DNA of 64,000 bases from Candidatus Taenariivivens baikalensis (GTDB taxonomy: Bacteria; Omnitrophota; Omnitrophia; Omnitrophales; Aquincolibacteriaceae). Location: contig SICL01000006.1 of assembly GCA_009691445.1 (NCBI GenBank), forward strand, positions 2,486-66,485, written 5' to 3'. Under the pieces are notes generated by a model. That model did no database searches. It worked only from the letters and a program-made list of their open reading frames with translations, and was not told where the DNA came from. The position numbers and the translations under genes are program-made. Below are positions 22,801 through 34,800 of the stretch, piece by piece (position 1 is the first letter of the stretch; each line of letters opens with the position of its first letter).

Positions 22801-25800
22801 ATTTACTCGGAATTGCCCAAGAGAAAGCCATCCAGGCATATAGAGCTTTTATGATGAACGACTATGAAAATGCGGCTAAATTCATAAAGGAAGCTCAAGA
22901 AGCGAGCGATGAAGGACAAGCTAAACGCTTAAAGCGTCCTCCGCAGGAACCTCTTTATAATAAGGACGAGGCAATCAAAGAGGCTTTCAAGTCCGCTCTT
23001 AAAGCCCTCGAGAAACTCCAAACCCGTTCGGAAATGCGGAGCGTGTCGATTCCAGATGCGGTGGAGGGACTGAGGCCTGCGATTGCGGAAACGGAAGAGG
23101 TTTGGGGCGGGCCAATGTGGAAAAAAGACGAACTGTTTGATTTTCTAAAACAAAGTCTAGAGCCGGGCCGTAATCCCATTCAAAATAAAATAGTTTCGAT
23201 TTTTGTTCCCCGGGCCGTGGTTCCCAATGAAGCACGGATGGGTCTGACTCCGGCCGGCGTTAAAATCCTTCGAAAGCTTGAAGCCCTTCTGCGAAAAGTA
23301 GATCCTGAAATTCAAATTAAAATTTATGTGGAAGAAGGTTCGGGAGTTAACCGCGACACGGGTGAGACTTATTATTCTGATTTTAATTACAGCCTCGAAG
23401 GAGCTGTTGTGTTGCCTTATGGAGTGTTTGTTGACAAAGCGGGTGCAGTGGGGCCTCATAAAATCGTGGTCGATATTAAGGAGCCGCCGCCAAGCGCGTT
23501 TCCCTTTCTTAAAGACGCTGTTTTATTTACGTTCCTGCATCCTGCGAGTTCTAAAAAAATGACTCAAAAACTGCTTAAGACTGTGAGAGCCGGCTTTGCG
23601 TATGAGAGTATTTTTTTTAAAAACCAACGTCAAGTCGCCAAAGTTCCAATTTTGGATCCGGCCAGCCGCGCGGCAGGTAAGGCAACGGCGGTTCGTTATG
23701 CATCGCTTGTCAAATACCGAAAGGATCATCCAGCCAAGGAGCTCACGGGTTTGGCTTGGCTCGCGGATAAGATCAAATACCTGTTTCTTTTCGTTTTTAC
23801 TTTTGGAAGGGTGAGAATTTCAGAAAGTGATGAGGTTGAGATAATCTTCCGCGAAAATATGAATTTGAAATCGCTAGAGGAAATGAAAAACCTCCAAGGA
23901 ATTCTGGACGGAAAGACGGTCACCATCTTGGGCGGAGGAATTGTCGCTGAAGAAGCGATGCTTTATTTGTCTGGGTTCGGAGCGCGGGTTTATGTGACAG
24001 AGGTCGAAGAAGGACGCAGACAGGAATTAGCCGAACTCATTTCGGGCAAGGAATTGCAGGAAAAGATTACGGTTTTGACCCGGGGAAATCCTAAGCAGCC
24101 GATTGAATTCGAGACAAAAATTAGAGACGCTCTTGAAAACTCCAATGCAATCATTGGAACCATTTCCATTCCTGGTGCCCGCACGCCTATTGAAATCACG
24201 CGGGCTCTCTATAAGAAACTAGTGTCTAAAAAAACGCTGGCAGTGCGAGACGAGAGTAACCATCCCGGAGATGGTCAAGCTAATGCTGAGTTTGCTCGCA
24301 AATTGGAATTTGTCGGCGTGCCTTCGATCGATCAAGGCGGGGATATTGAGGGAGCGCGTCCCGCAAAATTTAAACACGGATGGCTGCGTGACTGGTTTGG
24401 AGTGATTTGGTTTGCGGTGACCAATATACCGTGCGCAGGAGATCCCAGAGAAACTTCTGAAAAAATGCAATTGGCCAAGATGACCTACCTGACACTGCTT
24501 ATTCTAACAGAATTGATGGGTGAGAAATTTTTGCTCCAGGTATTTCAGAAATTTCCGGAAATGAAACCGGGGATGGTGATGCTGCGCGGACATTTGACGA
24601 ATGCCAAGGTCGCTGCTGCTCTTCGTCTGCCGTTTGTCGCGCCGGAGCCCCTCATCGGCTCTCCGGTTCGCTCCGAAGTGCGGTCGTTGAATACCACGGG
24701 GGCGATTCCGGATGCCGTTCGATTTAGCGACTTCCTTCTAAGATTGTTGCCGGAAATCACGAAATCTTTTTCCCGCCGCTCGGAAGTACGTTCTACCGGA
24801 GTGACGAAGCAGGATATGGCTCCCCTGATTTTTTCCAAATTGCTTAAAGGATTTGTGCACAGAACCCAAGCCGAAGCGGGTGACGGAGCGGTTTCTTACT
24901 CGGTGATTCCGGAGAGGGCTGAATTTACGCGCTGGCTGAATATTCAGCAGGCACGAGCCAGTGAGGAATTGATTTTGAAGGGACTGCAAAGCATGGAACG
25001 GGCTGGGGTTTATCTTTATGATGGAATCACGTTGGAAGAGCTTGAGAATCAACACAAATATTATCTGGGTCATGCAACGTCGGTGATTCTTATGACTCTT
25101 GGAGCCGCACTCGGGTTCTGGCGCGTGTTAGAAAACCAGTCTCTCGAAAATGTTCAGCTTGAAAAGCTTGGTCTGGCTACAAACCAGCTTGATTCCTTCG
25201 CAGTTTTTTTAAGGTCTTTAGGGGAAATCTTTAATAAACAGATTTTGCCTACGGGAATTCAAGGGCGTGCATTAGCTGAACAAATGAATGAGATACTTGC
25301 GCGAATGGGGTCTCTGACGCGGTTTGATGTGAATGATCCCATTCACCCGCTTCCTTCTCCGCTGAAAAAAACCCCTATGCCAGAAACGGCGGCGGTTATT
25401 AGTCCTGTGATCCGCATTGAACTTAATGCTGAAAATTATCGCGGTAAAACGGTTCGAGAATTTCTGGATGCATATAGTCCGAAAATTATGTCACAGCTGC
25501 CCGAAGGTTCTGAGTTGTACGGATTTAATACTGTGAATATTGCAGGAAGGATCGTATCGGGTGCTAACAAGCTTGAGTACCAAATCACGGGAAAGAAATT
25601 GGTTTTTTCCTATCCAAATCAAAAGGCACGCTCCGAAGTGCGTAGCCTGTTAGCCCGCGAACCGGTGCACCCGTTAACCAGTATACCGGGCATGGACGAC
25701 GTGAGTTTTTTGACACTACTTAAAGGATTTGATCGCCTCACGCAAGCGGAAGCGGGTGAAGGAGCCGTTTCTTACTCTGTGATTCCGGAGAGTCCTGACC

Positions 25801-28800
25801 TTACGCGTTGGCTCAATATTCAGGAGGCGCGATCCAGCGAAGCTTTGATTTTACACGAACTGCAAATTATGGAGCGAGCCGGGGTTTATCTTTATGATGG
25901 AATAACACGTGAGGAGCTTAAGTATTATCTGGGGAATGAAACGGCGGTGATTCTTATGACTCTTGGAGCCGCGCTTGGGTTCTGGCGTGTTGCCAAAGGG
26001 TCGCGTTTGGAAGATATTCAGTTTAAAAAACTTGGTCTTACCACAGAATACATCAATGCCTTTGCACTTATTTTGCGGAGAGATTTGGCGCGTTTAATCT
26101 CTGATATTGGGATAAACAGGGACGACGGTCAGTACCAAGTGGGAGAATTTTTTTTATATACCAATACAAAAAAAATAAAAGGTGCGGCGATTCAGGACAT
26201 CATTAACCGATCTACGGGGTACTTATTTAGCGCGCTTTTGAAAAAAAGAATAAATCTCCATGAAGAGTTTTCGATGAGAGAGCTTGTCAATCTTCCGGAT
26301 TTTCCTCTGGGGCATTATTGTTTAATCCGTCTCCTTTTGGCGGGTCAAATTCTGGAATACTGGAAAGTAGAAGCGTCTTCGATAAACAATTTTTCAATCC
26401 GCCTTTTACCTGCGGGGCTTGAAATACTTGCTGAACAATCGTTCCAGCAATCTGCGCTGAGGGAGTCTGTCGCACGACCCGAGTCTCCTCAGTCGAGACC
26501 ATCTGAAATAACAACAGTGGCAACCCCGGCGCCTGTCTTTGCGTTTACGCCGCTTCCTCCTAAGCCTGTCCAAATACCTTCTGCGGCGAAACCGGCTGTT
26601 AGCAGCAATGTCATCCGCATTGAACTTAATGCTGAAAATTATCGCGGTAAAACGGTTAAAGAATTTCTGGATCAACATCGTCAAAAAATTATGTCACAGC
26701 TGCCCGCAGGTTCTGAGTTGTACGGATTTAATACTGTGAATATTGCCGGAACGATCGTATCGGGTCATCACAAGCTTGATTGCAAAATCACGGGAAAGAA
26801 CTTGGTTTTTTTCTATCCAAATCCAAAGGCACGCTCCGAAGTAAGAACGGTATTGTTTGATGATAATTTTCAATTTTCCAAGAGGCCTGAGGCGGATGTC
26901 GCTGCAGAAAAGCAGTATGCCGACGCCAAGATCGAAGAATTTAAGACTGTGGTTCAAGCTCAGTTTGGTCAATCGGGTGCAGCCGTGCATGCTAAAGTCA
27001 AGGAAGCCACTGACGCTTGGCTTAACTTGATCAATGAATTTGTGAAGGACCTCGAACCCATATCCGTTGATGATGAAGGAGATCCTCTCTATAAGCGTAA
27101 TGGCACTTATTTACGGATTATCACCTTTGACATTCGCCCGAAGAAACTGTATCAGTTTTATTGGGAAAGATCCAACCCTGAGGGCGAAGCAGACCCTTAT
27201 GAGAGATTTGATTTTTTTGATGTTGCTATTCAAAACGGAGTTATCATTGATTTTTTTCCGTTCACTGATGTGGAGATTATCCGTGGTGAGGGGGGGAGAG
27301 CATCGCGCCAGGACCTAGCTATTTTAGGACAGGGAATTAGTTTTATTGATTTTGAGAATGAAAAGCGAAAAGAGGGGCTTTTTTCTGATCTCCACGCGAA
27401 ATTGGTGGATGAATTTCAGAGAATAAAGAGCCTGCGGGATGATCGGGGACTAGATGTTACCTCGTGGCCAACAGGAAGGGAACCAGATGCTAAGCTCACT
27501 CAAATTCGAAGTCGAATCATAAATTTAAAAAACCAACTCGTTGAAAGGATTGTTTTTCAGGAGGTAGAAAGTGCTGGGCGTATTTTATCCGCATCCGATC
27601 GAGAATTTAATTCAGCGGTTGATATTGCGGTTCTGATGGGCACGATCATCAATCGCTTTCGAAAACTCGTGATGCAAGCACAAGTTCAATCTCTAGATGA
27701 CTTAAGAAAATTAGCCTTTGATATTGCCCCCGAACTTGCGCGTTCGGAAGTGCAAAAAGGGTTAGCCGGTGAACAAGTGCGCGAGTCAACGGGTTTAAAT
27801 CCCGGGCACGCGATTACCCGGTCACCGGCTAAGCCGGACCGTCGCTCGGAATTGCGGAATAATCTGGTGCAGGAATTTCAGGTTATTTACAAGGGGCAAA
27901 ACACAGCAGTGACGGTTCGGGAGATGAATCTTGAAGATCTGGAATCAGGTGAGCATCCGCATTTTGAAAGCGCTCCGCTCTCACAATTACTTAAAACCAC
28001 CTGGATGAGTCGAGGGAAAGACGGTAGAGATCAAACGCAGGAAGCGTACGTGAATCGAAACGGCCAAGTGTTTTTGGAAAACGAATACGGTCTCCAGTTA
28101 TTGGCAGAAAAGGAAAGAGGCGGGAATAAGGGGGATAGTAATTTTGGCAGTATGAGGCAAGATAGGGAACAAGGATTTTTTCAGAGTATTTTGATTCGTG
28201 AAGCCATTATCCTTCTCACCAATCTCCGGGAACCTCCGAAGCCAAAACAGGTTGCTTCTGCCCCTGAAGTTGTCCATCGGAAGTATTCGCCTTTTGGTTA
28301 TCGTGGAGGAAGCGCTCCGAAAGTTCAGCGAAATTTACCTCAGCCGCAAAAACCAGAACCTGTCATTCAAGCTCAAGCGGCAATGCTGGAATGGTTTGAC
28401 GAAGCAGAGAATCGGCACCGGCGTGTCGTGCTCATCACAGACCGCGGCAAGTACCCGGTTGCTCGTGAAGGAGTTTTTGGAGAATCCTCTCCGCGTCCGA
28501 AAGTTGAAACAAATTTTGTGTTTGACCAGGATCGGATGAATCAGCCGGACGATCTTGAAATGCTTCGGGCCCTTGATCTCCAAACGTCAATTATCAAAAA
28601 ATATATTGCCCCGAAAGTATTTGCGGCTGCTCCGCCAGCTCCGAGTCTCGCAGCTGTGGCCGCGGCTCCACCCACAAACCCGAAGCCCTGGCAGACACGT
28701 TTAGCTGCAACTTATGTATCCCAACGCGAGATGGAGGCAGAGCTTTCTGAAGAAGGGCGTTTCTCAGGAGCTTATACGAAAGAGGGAATGTTCAGGTCGT

Positions 28801-31800
28801 CAATTTTTCATGGGAAAGATTTCCAGGAGGGAGTGTTTGTTGAGGGACGCATGAGAGAGGGAAGGCGCGGCGCATTAAAAGAAGCCGGCTTCAACGGAGT
28901 CTTCCACCGGGAAGGCGAATTTTATGTGGGAATTGAAATGCAAATTGATTCAAAGACGGCGCTCATAAAACCAGAAAAGATTCGTGCCATTATTCAAAAG
29001 AAGGATGGCTGGTTTGTTGCCTGTGAAATTCCCTTGATGCTTTATTCTGACGCCGCCAATTCCAAATTTTTTTCTGATTGGGCGGATATTATGGCGAAGG
29101 CGCTTCGCAAACTCGTGCGTGAACATCCACTGGAAAATCAGCCTTATTTTGAGGGCAAGTTACAAGAAATCTTTCCTCCGGCAGTGATGCTGCCCTTTCC
29201 GGAGAGTATGTCTGCCCGCCCGCAGACTTTTCCGGAACAAGTTGTGAGCGACGCGTCTACGATCGAAATTGCTCCCGGATTTTTTGCATTCATCCACGCC
29301 GAACCTCAGGGAGGAGAATACGATCCTTGGACTAGAAGGAGAATTCGGCCAACCCATTATGAATATTCTGTCCGATTCAAGGATCATTTGTCTCGCGCGG
29401 TAGAAAAAAAAGGTTACAACATAAGAGACCGCAGGGAAACGGTTTTGGGTTATCAAGTCACAATAAAGCCGGGAGATAATAATTCTTCTGCCAAAGTCTC
29501 AGCAGTCAAAACTGTGGGACCGGTCGAGGTTCAGCTTTTGGTGGATGGCTCAGAGAAACAGCCAAAGAGGGAAATTCCACCCATAAAGATTAGTTCCCTT
29601 CAAGTGAATCGGTCCAATCCCCAGGATGCTTCCATTTCTTTGGAAGGGAAAAGCATCGCAATAGGCGAGACACAACAAATTGGGCGTTTTGACATTTATT
29701 TTAAAGGCTATGCCCAATCAACTATCGAAGGCGTGCCGCCCGCCGTGATTTTGATCATCCTTCCGCGTTCGGAAGTGCGAAAAGGGTTAGCCGGTCAGCG
29801 AGTGAACCTGCCAACGGATTTAAATCCCGGGCACGCGATTACCCGGTCACTCGTTAAACCGGATCGGCGGTCGGAAGTGCGATCCACTCCGCTGGTTTCA
29901 GATCAAAGCAGGGATGTCTCCAAGGCTTTTATTCCTCAAGCCTTTAAACCCTTTTATTTTTATGATCGGGAAAGAAGACCCTCCGTGGAGTCTCAAGTCC
30001 CTGCTTCAGTTTTTCTTTTGGATCCCAGGGTTGATGCCTCGTTAAATAAAAACGAAGCCCACGGTGTTTTTCTCAAGCTAAAATCAAAGGGAGACCGAGT
30101 TTTGATTTATGATTATCACGTCACGCCAAATCCCTATGGCCAAACGGCTGAAGAAATTTCAAATCGTAGTGCTTATATCAACCATCTGGAAGTGAACCTG
30201 GATGAACATGGTCACTTGGAATCATTTATGATCCACAAGGGAGACCTGAGCCGCCACAGGCGTCATCCCTGGATTTTTGGAGATGTGGAAGCGTGGTTAA
30301 GTGCCCAGAAAGGAAAGCCATTCAATATTTCGAATCCTGAATTTCCGAAACAGATTCAACCCGGTGCAAGGAGATTGCCCGCAGTTCCGCAAGCGGGCAG
30401 GGTCAGGACGATGGACGCTAAAAATCCTAACTGGGTTACTCCTGAAGATAGTGGACTTGAGCTTCTCGTCAGCCGATTGGGAGATCCCGCGCAGCCTGTT
30501 GTTTTCAATCGTCTGCAGCAAATGCAGGAAAAGATTCTTGAAATGGGACCCGTGGCCTGGTCGTTTTTACTGGATCTTTATCCCTCGTTTACTCGCCAGC
30601 CCAAAATCCAGCAGGAAATCAAAATGATTCTTCTTCAGGCCGGACCCGCGGTTATTCCGGTGCTGCAAGGCTATATTGATCACCGCAGAGAACCCCAGGC
30701 AGTTTTGGCAACGGAACTCTTGCATCAGATCAATCCATTTATTGTCGACGATCACGCCGAATCGCCCATTGCACATATTTCTGAAATGAATTTGCCTCTT
30801 CCCTCGAATCTGGAACCCGCGAATTTGATTGTACTCGGAGGAATGGGAGCTGTTGCCCAAGTGTTTTATGAAACGCACATGAAAGCGTTGGCCCAGCGTT
30901 ACGGAGTGACATTGACGGCGGTGGACCTGATGCCGCAGGATGCTGCGCTCGCAAGAATCAAGGCTGAAAACCTTCCTTATCAAACTTACATCCAGGTACC
31001 GAATCGTCCATTGAACGGGCCGGAAACAGATTTTATGAAACAACTTCTAGCTCAGAATCCCAAAGGGGTTTTGATCCTGACCCGTCCCAACTCTCATCTG
31101 GATTTTACAAGATGGGCACTGAATAACGGGATCAAAGCTTACGTGGAAAAACCTTTTTCTCTTCCCGAGGACACTGTTACGATGGCAAAGCTTCACGAAC
31201 GGTTTGAACGGGCTATTTTTGCCATCGATTTTTTCTTTGATAATGAATCGGCCTTGAAAGGTTTTGAAATGTTGCAATCCAATTTCTTCGGAGATCTTGT
31301 TTCTATCAAAGGCAGCATGATCGAAAGCAATCTCATTGAAAACGGCAGAGGCTGGCTTGTGGACCGAAAAATCAATGGCGGAGGAATGGGGCCGGACATG
31401 CTGGTCCATTTGGTCGCGTTAGCGGAACTTCTTTTGACCAAATTCAAGCCATCTTCCGATCCTTCCCGGCATTTAAGTCTTGAGCAGTTTAAACTGGATT
31501 ATCAAAAGAGCAAACAGTGGCGTTACCGCGGAGCACCGAAAGGCCAGGAGACTTACCTTCATGCCATCGGAAATCTTGGACATGTTCCCGTGGATTTAGA
31601 TGCCGGCAAAGGCCTTCATGAGTGTGCGTATTTTATGATCCTTCAAGGAACCAAAGGAACGCTTGAGATTAATCTTGGAAATCACAAGAAAAATCAAAAA
31701 CCTTTCTTGGAACTTCGCTCGCGCAGCGGAGAAATTGTCTATCACGAAGATTTTGGAGCGGATATCGGTTACGCGGGTGCGGTCCGGAAAATTTTTGAAC

Positions 31801-34800
31801 ATCTTCAAGACCAAAAAAGGCCAGATGGAAAGCCGGCGGTCTCAGATCGGGAGCTTGATTTCCGGGTGCGTGCGGTCAAAACCTCCGTGGATTTGGTAGA
31901 TAAAGTAAACGGCGCGCTCGGCGGCGAATTTTTTTATCATAATGCCGGGCAGAATCCCGCGGAACTTTCGGTGCCTGAAAGAGTGGGGGAACGGGCAAAC
32001 CGTCTGATGCCTCTGCAATCGAATCTGATCAATCCCGTGACCCGCGAAAAAATGCAGATTCGCCGCCAACCCGGAGGAGACGCCTACCGTCATTATTATG
32101 ATTTGTACCGATCTTCGCAAGGCGATCTGCGATTCGAGGGAGTGACGATACAGCTGCTTGCCGACTCGTTACTGGTTGATAACTTAAAAATTCCTGCGAT
32201 TCAAGGATATCGGGAAGACGGTTATGCCATTCCCATTTTAAAGTGGGCGCTCGAGCTTGCCCAAAAAATTTATCCGGATTCAGAGTATCCTTTACTGATT
32301 TCTCAAGACGACGTGACGATGCTGCCGGTGCTTGACGGTATTTTTGACCCGGCGTCGATTGAGCTCCGAAATAATATGGATGGAACCTGGGGGCATCTCA
32401 AAGATCCAGCCTTCAATTTGTATCATATTTTCGGAGGTTCTTACAGCCGTGAGCCCAAAGACGAGGGCGCGATTATTCTTGCCGACCCTCAGTCTTATTT
32501 CCCTTTGGGAACGGCCCAAATCCGTAAGCAGGGTGAAAATTATTTGCTTGTTTCTTCAAGTCTTCCCGCCGCCTCCATAAAATTTCAAGGGCCTTTGATC
32601 CGGGCTTCTTATCGAGGAAAGCCGCTGCGCATTATTTTCCCTCATCAAACGATGGCGATTCGCGGTCTCCCTAAAAAGTGGGATGCCGACGCGGCCGCGG
32701 TCACACGCCGTTTGGAATTGCCGGCAACACTTGCTGAGATTAATATACTTATTGACGGAGGGAACATCGTCGATGCCATTCGATCATTTACGCGCAGTAG
32801 AGCCTCTTTAGATTCTCAATCTGTGAACATGATTGCCGAGCGTCTCAGGCAATCTTATTTGGATCCGCTTGTCGTTGTAGGGAAACTGGGAGGCACTTCG
32901 ATGGCTTTTGAGACTGCGTCTCCCTACGGACTTCTTGGATACCGCAATTCATCCCCGACAATCACGAAACCGGACAAAGCGGATACAGCCGTAGAAGTGG
33001 TTGAACGGATCGTGAAAACGATTTTGGATGTGATGAAGCCTTATGTTGAAGAAGATCCCTCAGCAATCAATCGATTTATGGCGATTCGTTTTAGCGCACC
33101 CGGTTATTTTGATTCGGAAGGAAACCTGATCGAGGATGAAGAAAATATCCCAAAAATCAAGGCCGGATTTAATTTCAGCAAGGAAGTTTTTCAAGCCTTA
33201 ACGAGCGCGCTTCAAAGGAAGGGATGGACCCGCCACGAGTCTCTTCCTCCGATCGAAGTCACTGTCGAACATGACGGGACAGCCGGAGCACGTGGGGAAA
33301 TCTCCGAGTTTGGGACTTTTCCAGGTGACGGCGATCTTTTTTTTCTGATCGCAGGCACAGGCATCGGAAGCAGGCGCTTTAAGGATGGAAAACCTTTTTT
33401 TGGGGATAAGCGCGTTCAGGGGCTGGCGAATGAAGGTCCTCATCACCTCCAGTTTAATGAAAGCAAGGAGCATCCGGATTTTGCTTACCGCGCTCTTCAA
33501 ACCCAAGGCTTTCCTATTAAACGGTTCAAACCGGGGCATGCCCGGCAAATCCGGGTTCCAAACCTTGAGGAAATTTTGCAGTACGGGCCTCATTTGATTG
33601 ATCTTGAGGATTTAACTTCCGGACCCAATATTGAAAAATATGCCGCGGAAGTTTTGAGAAAATTTAATCAGCATAGCGAGCATAACGCTGAAAAAGCTGA
33701 GCAACGAAAACTCGCTTTCGATATTTTAAACGAAGTCGGCTTCAATTTTGAAAGTGTTTCCACAAAACTGCTTGGAGAAAAAGCCAGAGCCGGAAATACA
33801 CTTGCCCAGAGAATCATTCGGCAAAGGGCGCGTTTGCTTGGGATTGGTTTAGCGGTTATGTTGGTTGAACAATATAAAGTCTTTGGAGCGGAAGAATTCG
33901 GAATTCCGAAGCATGTGATTCTTGGGTCCGGAGTTTCCCAGCTTGGTTCTGTTTTTCTGGATGCGGTCCGGGAAGGTTTTAAAGAAAGGCTGGATAAATA
34001 TTATACTGCCCGTCAGGAATATACCTTTGACCCCCATAGGCAGATTGTTCTTTCCAAAGTGATGGACGACACCGGCCGTGAATTTTACGGATTTCTTCCC
34101 ACCCCAACCGAAGCAGCGGCCTACAAACAAAAACTCGGATCTCTCTCACGTTCTGAAGCGCGGATGGATCGACGCGATTTTATACAATCCTTTATCGCTT
34201 TGACTGAAAGTGCTGTCTCTTTGGGCGCGGCCTTGGGTATTAGTTATTTGATCATCCTTCCGCGTTCGGAAATGCGAAAAAGGTTAGCCGGTCAGCGAGT
34301 GAACCTGCCAACGGATTTAAATCCCGGGCACGCGATTACCCGCTCACCGGCTAACCCTGACAGACGCTCGGAAGTGCGGGCGGTCAATACGGAGGGAGCG
34401 ATTCCGGTCAGGTCGTTTGATCTTTCTGCAAACCCCTCCAGAACAACCGAGGCAGGACTTTATCTGATCCGGCGTTTAGGATTACTCCAGACTTCAGTGG
34501 TGCCGCTTTTCCAAGCTATTCTAAAGAAAGAGGATCCCGATCCAGCCGTGGAACTGCTTGTGACAAGCCGGGAAGGTCTTTTCTTACAACCTCCCTCTGA
34601 TGAATTTATGACGGTGAGAAGGTTGAGTGGGCGCGATTCGCTTTACCGTCTGGATCTGAAAGATAAAACCATCACGCCTTTGACCTTTCCCGGCGTGTTA
34701 AATCCTTTCTCTGACGGAAACGGAAAACCCTTTGCACCGCTTACGCCTTTTCCTGCGGAACAAGGGGCTGTGCATTTTGCCCTTGTGGATAGAGATCTCA

